32,178 nucleotides of DNA from Trichomonas gallinae (taxonomy: Eukaryota). The notes under the pieces were generated by a model that was not told where the DNA came from, did not search any database, and saw nothing but the letters and a program-made list of their open reading frames with translations. A program made the position numbers and the translations under genes. The stretch is from contig MRSU01010857.1 in NCBI GenBank assembly GCA_008369845.1, forward strand, positions 1 to 32,178, read 5' to 3'. How positions within the stretch are numbered: position 1 is the first letter of the stretch; each line of letters starts with the position of its first letter. Shown one piece after another: positions 19,873 to 29,760 of the stretch.

Positions 19873-21948
19873 TTATGAACTAAATACAACAATCGAGATC
19901 AAATTACACAATCCTAAAAAATGATTTGATATCATGTTTTCTAAAGGAATTGTCATGTATTTTTCGGCAATTTTTGTGCAAAATGTATTCATCAAATATG
20001 TTTTTTTAACATATACAACGCTTGCATTGTTTTTAACAAGATAATAGAAAAAGCCGTTAACATTATAATCATTTTTTTCACGTCCAATGTAATGGACTTC
20101 TATTTGTTTGTTTGGTTTAATTTTGTATTCGAAAACCTCGCGGGGATGATATGAAAAATTAACATCACCAAAAGTAATTTTTTCAAGATTATTACACTCA
20201 GAAAGAGCTTCATTGACAAATGTTGCTGAATTAGGAATAGTGATCTTTGTGATATTGGTTGATGCAAAACAATGATATCCGAAAAATTCAATTTTTCCCA
20301 GGAAAGCAGCACTAGTAAGTTTTGAACAATATGAAAAAGCATAATTATCGATAATTTTGACTTTACTTGGAATGATGATTGATTCAAGTTGTTTTGAACC
20401 ACTAAAAGAATATGAACTAATATTTTCGAGATCAGCTGATAATTCAATTGTTTTTAGATTAGAATTTTTAAATTCATTAGAACGAATTTCTTTCATACTT
20501 GATGGAAGTTTTATGTATTCCAGTGGAACTCTTGAATTGTCCTGAATACCATAAAAGACGACGGTGTCTGGAATAACGAGTCTTGTGATTCTTGTTCCAT
20601 CGATAACATGTTCTCCAAAATATTCCAAGTGTGATGGAAGGTTAATGTTATTCAAAAGAACACATTCATAAAATGCATGAGAATTGATTTTTAATAGAGA
20701 CTCGGGAAGATTGATTGTTTGCAGATTACGACATTCTGCAAATGCACAAAATCCGATCTCAACAACATTGGGGAGATGAATTGTTTGCAGACTGCATTTT
20801 GAAAATGCATATGAATCAATTTTATGAATGTTTTCTGAAACACTGAAATAATCTGTCTCAAAAGCTTTATTGTAATATTTGAAGATTGGAATAACATCTT
20901 CTTGTGATTGTGTTCCGATGACATTAATACTCGTAGAACTATCAAATGCTAACAATCCAATTCTTTCGATTGAAGATGGAATGTTAACAGATGACAACAT
21001 CACGCATTTATAAAATGCTTTATCACCAATTTCTGTTATTCTATCAGGAATGCTTATCGTTTTTAATTCACTACATTTATAAAATGCTTCAGCACCAATT
21101 ATTTTAACTGAACTTGGGATATTTATTGTTTGTAATTTTCCACAAAGATAAAAAGCGTGTTTGCCAATTTCTGTAACCCCTTCTGGAATATTTATTGTGG
21201 AAGCCATTGAACCCGAAAATGCTCCTGGAACTATTTTTTCAATATTATTTGGGTAGTTTATATTTGTTACACCAGCAAAACAATATTTTCCAAATGAGGT
21301 GACACCTGCAGGTATGTTTATCGATTCAAGCACATCACAATCAGCAAATACTTCAATTCCAAATGAAATCTGTTTTGCATTGATTGTAACACTAGATAAA
21401 TATGGACAAAGCTTAAAAGCAAGATCATTTACACGCTCAACACTTTCTGGAATAACAATGTTTGTGATATCACTACTTCCGAATGCATAATAATCAACAA
21501 CTTTTACCGAAATTGGAATAGTATATTGAGTATACTCAATACAATAACTATTTAAATAATGGTATCTTTCAATTTTAATCTTGCACATGAATTTATTTTT
21601 TTGGACATCAAAAGCATCATCTGAAATATATTCAAGATTGACAGGAGAATCATCATATGATAATTTAGTATTCATGAATGCACAATATCCAATTGATGAA
21701 ATTGAACTAGGGAATTCAACAGAACTAAGTTTTTTACACTGATAGAATGCATATTTTTCAATTGTTTTAATATTTTGACCTATAATTACTGATCTAAGCT
21801 CGCTGCACCATGCAAAACACCCAATGGGAATCTTTGAGAATGTGTTTTCAAGAACCAAATGAATAATACTATCATTTTTGTAAAAATCGGGATATAAAAT
21901 TTCTCCCCGAATTCGATAAAAGCCGGAACCTTCATTGATAACCTCCAA
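19873..21948 (-). CDS. bspA: BspA-like leucine-rich-repeat (TpLRR/LRR_5) surface protein; 5' end damaged, possibly a pseudogene
   Basis: Many LxxIxIPxSVxxIGxxAFxxCxx repeats and a hydrophobic C-terminus. The ORF starts at TTG with an in-frame TAG four codons upstream; the first Met is about residue 92. Confidence 0.85.
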   Translation of the reverse strand: MEVINEGSGFYRIRGEILYPDFYKNDSIIHLVLENTFSKIPIGCFAWCSELRSVIIGQNIKTIEKYAFYQCKKLSSVEFPSSISSIGYCAFMNTKLSYDDSPVNLEYISDDAFDVQKNKFMCKIKIERYHYLNSYCIEYTQYTIPISVKVVDYYAFGSSDITNIVIPESVERVNDLAFKLCPYLSSVTINAKQISFGIEVFADCDVLESINIPAGVTSFGKYCFAGVTNINYPNNIEKIVPGAFSGSMASTINIPEGVTEIGKHAFYLCGKLQTINIPSSVKIIGAEAFYKCSELKTISIPDRITEIGDKAFYKCVMLSSVNIPSSIERIGLLAFDSSTSINVIGTQSQEDVIPIFKYYNKAFETDYFSVSENIHKIDSYAFSKCSLQTIHLPNVVEIGFCAFAECRNLQTINLPESLLKINSHAFYECVLLNNINLPSHLEYFGEHVIDGTRITRLVIPDTVVFYGIQDNSRVPLEYIKLPSSMKEIRSNEFKNSNLKTIELSADLENISSYSFSGSKQLESIIIPSKVKIIDNYAFSYCSKLTSAAFLGKIEFFGYHCFASTNITKITIPNSATFVNEALSECNNLEKITFGDVNFSYHPREVFEYKIKPNKQIEVHYIGREKNDYNVNGFFYYLVKNNASVVYVKKTYLMNTFCTKIAEKYMTIPLENMISNHFLGLCNLISIVVFSS

Positions 21949-22071
21949 TTCACTATTCTACAGTTGTGTTAACGATTAGTGTTTCTCTGTTTGTTATAAA
22001 ATTGGCTGTCAACTGACATAAAAATATTTTTATAAAAAAAATCGACTTCGTTCTGAAGTTTATATTTTATC

Positions 22072-22079
22072 TAACCGTT
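22072..22079 (-). promoter_or_regulatory. M3-type core promoter motif AACGGTTA upstream of the BspA gene
   Basis: Fits the T. vaginalis M3 consensus DRCSGYTD, about 30 nt upstream of the inferred ancestral start (22042). Confidence 0.4.
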
Positions 22080-22169
22080 ATTTTATAGGATTCGATTTTG
22101 AGAAAATGTGTTCAATATTATTAATTAATATTGCGTATGTCAAAAAAAAAAACAAATTTCCATATGAAA

Positions 22170-22630
22170 TATTTCTAGCAAAAAGTCTAAGCAGATTCTT
22201 CAATACACTCGACATTTTCTGGGATTACAATGCTAGTGATATCACTAACGCCAAATGCTAGATATTTTATAACCGAATTTGGAATAGTATAATTAGTGTA
22301 CTCAACACGACTTCCATATCATGATATCATTCAATTAATATTTTGCACATGAATTTATTTTACTCCATTCGAAAGCATCAAGTGAAATAATCATGATATA
22401 CAGGAATAACATCATATATTAATTTAGTAAAACAGAATGCACGATACCCAATTGATGAAACAGAACTAAGTTTACTGCAATGATATAAAGCATATTTTTC
22501 AATAGTTTTCGCCAATTTTTACTGATTTAAGTTCATTGCAATAGGCAAAACACCCAATGGACATCTTTGAGAATATGTCTTCAAGAACCAAATTGATAAT
22601 ACTGGCATTTCTGAAGAATGCGGGAATATT
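22170..22630 (-). pseudogene. BspA-like relic, copy of the 5' region
   Basis: Colinear nucleotide similarity to about 21400-21890 (e.g. AAAACACCCAATGG..ATCTTTGAGAAT.TGT.TTCAAGAACCAAAT), with indels and no long ORF. Confidence 0.85.
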
Positions 22631-22792
22631 AAGGGTGCACCCTTAATAGAAATCGTAATTATAAATTTTGGAAATCATTCTCGATGTAAAAATAACGTTC
22701 AGATTCGTTTGATTTAGTTGTAATATAAGCCTATACACTACCAATATATAAATTCCTTGGGAATTTTCCCATTCCGTAAGTATTATGTTCAG

Positions 22793-22855
22793 TTTAATTT
22801 AAGTATAATGTTCAATTTAAATAATTTAATTTAAGTATAATATTCAATTTAAATA
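22793..22855. repeat. Tandem duplication, two 31-bp units (period 32, 1 mismatch), plus a partial unit upstream
   Basis: TTTAATTTAAGTATAAT(G/A)TTCAATTTAAATA at 22793-22823 and 22825-22855. Confidence 0.8.
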
Positions 22856-23247
22856 TTTCAATTTCGAATCTTGAAAAAAAACATACGGCGGAAAATCTAG
22901 CTAGCTTATTTTTGGTGTTTGTAAAGAGCTGGATTTGGAGTACTGATTTGGTATATTTTTTGACGCCAAATATCCTGACAATAACTTCAATCGAGAAAAA
23001 ATATTCTACGGCCTATTTATTCTGCTTCTCTTTCTCTAAATACATGTACTAGCATATATGAGTTTGGAACTTTATTTGGAGCAGCAGTAGGCGTTTTTAT
23101 CATGTCACTTTTATAAAAAAAAAAATATCATGTTATATCATGATAGACAGAAGTGAGATAACATGTTATCATGATTGAAGTAATTATTAAAAATTTCTGA
23201 CATGTAAATGGCAAAAAATATGAAATTTGTTATGTAAATTTTTTTCG

Positions 23248-23915
23248 ATGATTGAACCAAAAGTTGACTGGTCAAATCCTGAGCAATGGGATTTGGTATA
23301 TATAAGCCATCTTCTGACTCATTCTTTCTATGTGATGGCATTGCTAAAGTTTTTGATCGATTTCCACCCTGTCCAACAATTTTGGAGATAGGAAGTGGAT
23401 CTGGATATGTAACCGCATTTACTAGAATGTTGTTTAAATCAAAAGGTTTGCCATCAATACATTTTACAACAGATATAAATATCGAATGTTGCAAAAAAAC
23501 GAGACAATTGTGTAATGACAACGGTATTAACGTTTCTCCATTCAGAGATTGCTTTTGCGAACACTTCAGAGGTCCTGTTGATGTTTTAATTTTTAATCCT
23601 CCAAATGTTGAAACGTCAATAAAAGAACTTGAAGATGCTATCAAAAAGCATTCAATAGAAGCTTCATGGGCTGGTGGAGAAGAGTGTGTTGTTGTTGTTT
23701 ATTATTGTTTGAATTTTATTGTTAATCATCGAGAGAAGTTCTCACCGAAATTTATATTTATCTTATTACTAGATGCAATTAATAAGCCATTGAAGCTCAA
23801 AAGATGGTGCAAAAATCATGGATTTGATCTCAACATTGAACTGAAAAAGAACTGTCAAGGAGAGGCTCTTTTAATTACAACTATCACTCCTTTTTCCTCT
23901 GAAACTGGTCAATAA
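23248..23915 (+). CDS. MTQ2: HemK2/N6AMT1/Mtq2-family eRF1 glutamine methyltransferase, with an apparent 2-nt frameshift near the 5' end
   Basis: Motifs YKPSSDSFFL, ILEIGSGSG, TTDIN, VDVLIFNPP and SWAGG. The upstream frame from ATG 23248 (MIEPKVDWSNPEQWDLVY) joins the main frame if one TA is removed from the TA run at 23297-23304; alternative ATG at 23286. Confidence 0.8.
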
Positions 23916-24225
23916 TTCATATTATTATTTTTATCGTTAATATTTACGAAATTTCATTATCATTAACAAGCTGATGCCCTATATATTATTATCATACACT
24001 GTATATTAGATATTATTGTTTTTTATTATAAAACTGTTTGAATCATTTATTTTTGGTACTGCGAGTGATATATTTACGCCATTAATGAGGTTACAATTCC
24101 GTTCTTTATCGAAATTCATCAGGAATATAAAATGAAATTATCAAACTCCTTTCAAAATCCCAATTATGTGATGTTAAATAGTGTAAAAATACATCTTGAA
24201 TGTAGTAGCATGATAAATTACATGT

Positions 24226-24735
24226 TTAATAACAATCACTTAATATAAAAACATATGGTAATGGTTGGTCAGACATTTGTTTGTTATTTGAAACTACTGA
24301 AAGTTGTATATCATTGTCATCACCTTCTTCTTCATCTTGTGCAAGTTGTTCATCTTCATATAATTCTTGAACTAACAACGGAAAGCGTGGATCGCATTCC
24401 CAGCTGTTAAAACCAAGATCTGCAAGGTAGCACTTCTCAAGAAGGACTTTTGATTGAATTCTGTCTTCGATATCCTGTTTTGTTAATGGAAAATCTACAA
24501 GAGTAGTAGAAAATCCTGTTCTTTTCTGCGAAAGGTAAACCTTTTGGTCTTTTTTAAGGCCTAATGTTTCAATTGTAATATGCATCGATAAAACTTTTCC
24601 ACTAGAAACTGCGTTAAAAATATGATTTTCTCTGGGTGTGATTTTATTCTCTTCAAGTGCTTGGAATAGCGTCATTGATGGGTCAACATCGATATTTACT
24701 GTCTCACCATTCAGCTGAGCAATCTGTATACGCAT
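24226..24735 (-). CDS. Ubiquitin-like-domain hypothetical protein
   Basis: N-terminal beta-grasp pattern (MRIQIAQLNGETVNIDVDPSMTL..SGKVL..TIETLGLKKDQKVYL) with no di-Gly, followed by an acidic tail ending PLP. Confidence 0.7.
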   Translation of the reverse strand: MRIQIAQLNGETVNIDVDPSMTLFQALEENKITPRENHIFNAVSSGKVLSMHITIETLGLKKDQKVYLSQKRTGFSTTLVDFPLTKQDIEDRIQSKVLLEKCYLADLGFNSWECDPRFPLLVQELYEDEQLAQDEEEGDDNDIQLSVVSNNKQMSDQPLPYVFILSDCY

Positions 24736-25049
24736 TCAGTAAAATAAAAATTTTGTATATTAATAAATTTCAAGTAAATCTTTGAATTAATCGAAAAGTC
24801 ATAAATTTGGACTTCTATTGTATTCGAAGATTTGTGTTTTGATGAAAAATTTAATGACCACTCAAAATTTTGGGAGAGCTTAAATCATTGAAATTTTGGT
24901 TAGCATTCTAATCATTGATATAAAATATGCATGTTTTCGAAGTGTAAAAATTTCTTAAGTTTATTTACATATTTTCAATTTTCGTTAAAATGAAAGAACA
25001 ATGTATGTACTATTAATTTGATCAGATGGTTTGAAAAGCCTTTCAAAAG

Positions 25050-25920
25050 TCTGAAACGCAGGAAGAGCATTATCATATGATATACTGTTGAATTAATTAA
25101 AAACTGTGGTCATGAAATTTGAGAAGGTTATTTTTTCAGAAATATTGAAATTTGAAAAATTTTATTAAATATCACTCAGTAAACTATATATTCTTCGTAA
25201 AACTAATCAAAAATTCTATTCAAAGTTTTCAATAAAAACACGTGAGGATTGATTTTTCCTATGGTCGTCTCATATTGCTTTATATGTGATGATCAAAATG
25301 TGTCCGTTAAGTTATGTTCAATGATCTCCTGTATTTTTGGTCAGCTAAAAAAGATTTTTCAATTTCTACGAAACGTTGAAACTTCCTATACGCTATTAGT
25401 ATAGCCAGTTTTACAGCAAACTTAGGCTAAAAGCAATGTACATAAAATTGAAGGGCCGTTAATGAACGAAGAAATCTCTATTTTTTGGTTGTTTGGGAGT
25501 ATGTAATGATTATAGTTTGAATTTCTACTGACGACAATCAATCATCGCATTATAAATTTTCATTGAAAATTGATCTGCACACGATATCATAGTAACGTTA
25601 AAACATGCTTTTGCATGATTATGTCAGCATATTGGTACATGTCTGTCCATTTTAGGCGCCAATTCAATCGAAATCTTCACCGGATATGGATTACAACATT
25701 AAATTACTAATAATCAGCATATCTATGACGTTATGCATGATTTTTGATTGCAATTTAGAGAGATTAATGTACTACTCAAGCGCGTTGATCGAAGTTTTTA
25801 TCAAAATTTTGAATAAACAAGTTTCCTCAACGTAACTCTAATACAAATATCCTATGGAACATCATTTCTGATTGCTGAACACTGAGTTCCAATCTTATTG
25901 ATCCAAAATTAATTCATTCC
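25050..25920 (+). pseudogene. Possible heavily decayed coding remnant, family unidentified
   Basis: More balanced composition than flanking DNA. One frame near 25635-25910 reads protein-like (GTCLSILGANSIEIFTGYGLQH*ITNNQHIYDVMHDF*LQFREINVLLKRVDRSFYQNFE*) with scattered stops. Confidence 0.3.
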
Positions 25921-26127
25921 TTATTTTATCAACGCAGCAAGTATATATCGAATACCAGTACAAATATCTATCGATTTATTATTGGAAAAATCATAATATT
26001 TCAATAATTAATGAATTTATTAACAAAATTGTATTATGAGTCATCATTTCTAATGAGAATCATAATGGAAATTATATGTGACTAACATGTAAGATAACCA
26101 TTAGCAAAAAATAGCATAAATATCAAA

Positions 26128-27069
26128 TTATAAATAAGTTAATAATTTTTGCTTGAAAACGTCCCATTCTTTGATTTGCGATATTTCTCTTTCAAGTGCT
26201 CTAACAGGATCTTTGGTTCCTATCAAAAGCTGTTGAACATTAAAGTTTGCATCAATATATTTTTCGCCATGCTCACTTCCAAGCTGATGGAACTTAAATA
26301 AAACATCAAGTGGTGTAGAAAGAGTATTTGCAAATATGGATGGATTCTTCAAAGCGGCAGATGCAATCATAATGCTATCGCAGCCTGTTTTTTCCTTCAA
26401 TTCGATTGCATCTTCCTTAGAACGAATGCCACCATTTCCAATTTTGGCGCAATCAATTGCATCAAATATTGCTTTCATATGATCATAATCAACTGAACCA
26501 TGGCGCTTGTCGGCAGCAAGTCTGCCATGTACTGTAATTGCGGATGCACCTGCATCAACCATTGCTTTAGCAAATTGAATTGATTCTTCAACTGTATTTC
26601 TAACGCGCATTTTGACTGAAACAGGAAGTGGTGAGTTCATTTTGAGTGTCTTAACTATATCAACTGCATTTTCGAGCTGAATTGAAGAACCTCCGCCCCT
26701 GTGATTGGCAAAAGATTCTGGACAGCCGCAATTAATATCAATTCCTGATGCAAACTCGTTGCACATATTGGCTGCCTTAATAGCGTTCGGTCCATCGACG
26801 GAAATTAATTGAACAATTAATTTTCCTCTTTCTTCTGGTGTTGTATGGAAGATTCTTCTATTATGACCATTTTCAACCTTGTACAATGAATATGATCCAT
26901 TTTCGTTTTCAATTGTTGAACTTATAATTCCGAGATCGACCAAACCTGGCGAAAAAACAATATCAGCACCATATTCAAGACATGCAAGCCTAAATGTAAG
27001 GGATGATCCTCGAACCATTGGCGCAGCAATCATTTTTCCCTTATAGAAATTTTGCACATCTTCAGACAT
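26128..27069 (-). CDS. DUS: tRNA-dihydrouridine synthase (Dus family)
   Basis: IAAPMVR, LIVQL, GIDINCGCP (catalytic Cys), VSVKMR, ITVHGR, IGNGGI, DSIMIA..NPSIF. Confidence 0.93.
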   Translation of the reverse strand: MSEDVQNFYKGKMIAAPMVRGSSLTFRLACLEYGADIVFSPGLVDLGIISSTIENENGSYSLYKVENGHNRRIFHTTPEERGKLIVQLISVDGPNAIKAANMCNEFASGIDINCGCPESFANHRGGGSSIQLENAVDIVKTLKMNSPLPVSVKMRVRNTVEESIQFAKAMVDAGASAITVHGRLAADKRHGSVDYDHMKAIFDAIDCAKIGNGGIRSKEDAIELKEKTGCDSIMIASAALKNPSIFANTLSTPLDVLFKFHQLGSEHGEKYIDANFNVQQLLIGTKDPVRALEREISQIKEWDVFKQKLLTYL

Positions 27070-27267
27070 TTTTTTTTTTGTGATAGATTACAAAATCTCT
27101 GAATTTATTAAATAGTTGTAAATATTTACAAAATCTTTCAAAATAATTGTTAAGTTTACAAAATCGTCAAATTTATAATGAATGGTTTACAAAAGGTCTT
27201 AAAATATTATTTTGATAAGTTTACATGGGAAATAATTTGAATGGTTTACCCAAAAAATTTAGTAAAT

Positions 27268-28365
27268 ATGGATACTTTTGGATGCTCACTTCAGCAATTG
27301 CTCCAGGAGCATATAGTTAGGATGTCGATTCCCGTTGAGAAGTATAGTACTGAAGAAACCTCTTTTAATGCGCCTTTCATCCCATCTTACATGTTGGGTC
27401 AAATACTAGATTACGCAACTAACATTATCGCCGAAGATCCAATCGTTTTAAATATTAAAGGACCTATTTTCATCATTGGTGACTTACATGGGCATCTTTT
27501 TGATTTATACCGAATCTTCCAACGCCAAGGATTACCTCCAGAGACTAATTATTTGTTTCTAGGAGACTTCGTGGATAGGGGAGTCTACTCAACTGAGGTT
27601 GTTACTCTAGTAATTATATTGAAAATTTTATATCCGAAGAATATCTTCTTAATTCGTGGAAACCATGAATTTATACCAACAAAACAAGAAAGCGCATTCA
27701 AAGAAGAGCTGATGCAACTTTATATCAATTATCAAGACATTCTCAACAAATTCTATCAATTTTTCTCATTTATACCTCTCGCAGCACAAGTTGGCGATTA
27801 CTTATGTGTGCATGGTGGACTTTGTCCAAAACTCAAAACGATTGACCAAATTGAACAAATTCGCCGTCCAATACAGTTTTCTTCTGATATAGTTGAAGGA
27901 ATAACATGGAGTGATCCGAAACCAGATCAGAAGATTGCATTTATGAACTCACCACGCGGTCATGGCTTTTATTTCAATGAAATTGCATTGAATGAATTTT
28001 TATTAGAAAATAAGCTGAAAGGAATCATTAGAGGTCATCTTTTTATAGATGGGATAGCATCAATGTTCGATGGACGCTGTATTACTGTGTTTTCGGCTTC
28101 AAATTATACCCCAACATTTAATAATTCATGTGGAATCCTTCTCATTGACGCAAATAATCAGTTGTCATCTACCCTATATCCGCCACTTAACACTCCTCCG
28201 AGAAAGAAGCCACAAAGCCCCAATCCAGTTTCAAGATCTAATAATTCAGCCAATAACAGTATTTTGATACCAAGGATGATGCATTGTAAACGATTGACTA
28301 AGGTCCATGGCAACTACACATGTCGTCCAAAAGCGAATTCCGTTCTACCTCAACTTGACCTTTAA
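27268..28365 (+). CDS. Ser/Thr protein phosphatase, PPP family
   Basis: GDLHG, GDFVDRG, RGNHE, HGG, WSDP, RGH, TVFSASNY. Start placed at ATG 27268 because the ATG at 27241 lies within the promoter repeat array; start is uncertain. Confidence 0.93.
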   Translation: MDTFGCSLQQLLQEHIVRMSIPVEKYSTEETSFNAPFIPSYMLGQILDYATNIIAEDPIVLNIKGPIFIIGDLHGHLFDLYRIFQRQGLPPETNYLFLGDFVDRGVYSTEVVTLVIILKILYPKNIFLIRGNHEFIPTKQESAFKEELMQLYINYQDILNKFYQFFSFIPLAAQVGDYLCVHGGLCPKLKTIDQIEQIRRPIQFSSDIVEGITWSDPKPDQKIAFMNSPRGHGFYFNEIALNEFLLENKLKGIIRGHLFIDGIASMFDGRCITVFSASNYTPTFNNSCGILLIDANNQLSSTLYPPLNTPPRKKPQSPNPVSRSNNSANNSILIPRMMHCKRLTKVHGNYTCRPKANSVLPQLDL

Positions 28366-28806
28366 TTCATCTGTTAATAGAACCAATAAATAGAATGTTT
28401 GTATTGTATTATATTATAGTCATATTTTAAATTCTTACAAGATCAAAATTATAATAATGTTCAATATTACATAATATAGAAAGATTTGTAATATATTCCA
28501 TGAGTATTGCATAATACCAAGTGTATGTACTCAATTTATTTATTTAATATTTTATTTTTGAAAGATTCGAAGTTCGAATAATGTGATATATAAATTTAAA
28601 AGCCTTATTCTCAATATATATCATTGTATTACCGATATTGCTGACTTCTAAAAAAACTATGAAATATTGAATCAAAATCGAATTATAATTTAATTTTGTA
28701 AAGTTATGCTTCATAAATCAATATTAATTGATGATATTGGGTCATTTGTATATGTTTATGTTTCTTGTTTTTGTTTTGGTATATGATTATTAATAGATGA
28801 AAAAAA

Positions 28807-28822
28807 TCTGACAAATGTCAGA
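28807..28822. promoter_or_regulatory. Palindrome TCTGACA-AA-TGTCAGA immediately upstream of the IBD gene
   Basis: Perfect 7-bp arms flanked by A and T runs, ending 21 nt before ATG 28844. Function is inferred. Confidence 0.4.
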
Positions 28823-28843
28823 ATTTTTTTGACAAAAAATTCA

Positions 28844-29572
28844 ATGACTGATCTCCCGATGTATTACCAAAATTTAACAGCCATTGATCAGCTCGAATAT
28901 ACGAAGCTGAGGGAGAAACTAAGCAATTCCTCGCTGAGACATAAGAGGAATGCCTCTGCGAAAGTTTTTTCTGATTGTTTAGAAGTAATTCGCTATTATT
29001 GCGCCAAAAACACTGAACAAGATCCAATAAGGTATCTTGTCTGTGGAATATGCTGGCTGGATGACGGAGATATCGCAATTAATACTAACCAACTTAAAAA
29101 TTTATTCGGTGTCTCGAAATCTATGATTAACAACAACTTCAAGAGCCTCGGCTACGAAAACGAGCAAAAATTCCTTACAACAAATCAACAATTTTTCAAA
29201 TTAATTCCGATTCTTAAAAATCAGCCTATAGTAGCAAAGAAATGGACGATCAGGCGGTTAGCAAAAGGTGTCCAATGCTGTGGACACTGTGGCACGAATG
29301 AATGCAAATGCAATCCCGATAATCCAAATCTGAAGGCTAAGCATTCTTGTTGTTGTTTGGGATCAGCCAGGTTTTCATGTCCGTGCTGCCATCCTTTGTT
29401 TGGTTGTACATGTGGAGTAATTTCACCTGCAGAGCTTATAAACACAGATGGAACGATCAATAAGAAGGAGTGCAAGTGTAGTTATCCAGACGATTCGTTC
29501 GAAATGGATATTTCTACATGCAAATGCGCCCATCCAATTTGGACAACTCCAAATTGTCCTCTTCTTAGTTGA
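28844..29572 (+). CDS. Initiator-binding-domain (IBD, IBP39-family) DNA-binding protein with Cys-rich C-terminal domain
   Basis: IBD signature RYLVCGICWL..DIAINTNQLKNLF..SKSMINNNF..LGY...WTIR; 18 Cys in the last 98 aa. ATG at 28844 (ORF-track start is TTG). Confidence 0.85.
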   Translation: MTDLPMYYQNLTAIDQLEYTKLREKLSNSSLRHKRNASAKVFSDCLEVIRYYCAKNTEQDPIRYLVCGICWLDDGDIAINTNQLKNLFGVSKSMINNNFKSLGYENEQKFLTTNQQFFKLIPILKNQPIVAKKWTIRRLAKGVQCCGHCGTNECKCNPDNPNLKAKHSCCCLGSARFSCPCCHPLFGCTCGVISPAELINTDGTINKKECKCSYPDDSFEMDISTCKCAHPIWTTPNCPLLS

Positions 29573-29760
29573 ATAGTAAAATGTTTGTAGCTATAATAGT
29601 ACACATATCAAATAAATCCTCATAGAAACTAAATTAGAAAAAAAATTATATTTACATACAAAAGATATTCATAGTAATAAAACTAGTAACAAATGAAAAA
29701 CATATCAAATATGGTTGATATGTTTCTAATTGTTATAAATTAAGAAATTCAAAAATGAAA

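Noticed and set aside
21958..21985. ACTAAT...TAG on the minus strand as a possible intron 3' end repairing the BspA start
   Set aside because: Does not match the tight trichomonad RCTAACACAYAG branch/acceptor motif, and there is no convincing GTAYGT donor.
27085..27255. Regularly spaced repeats as a CRISPR-like array
   Set aside because: Cores are about 10 bp and degenerate, spacing is irregular, the context is eukaryotic and there are no cas genes.
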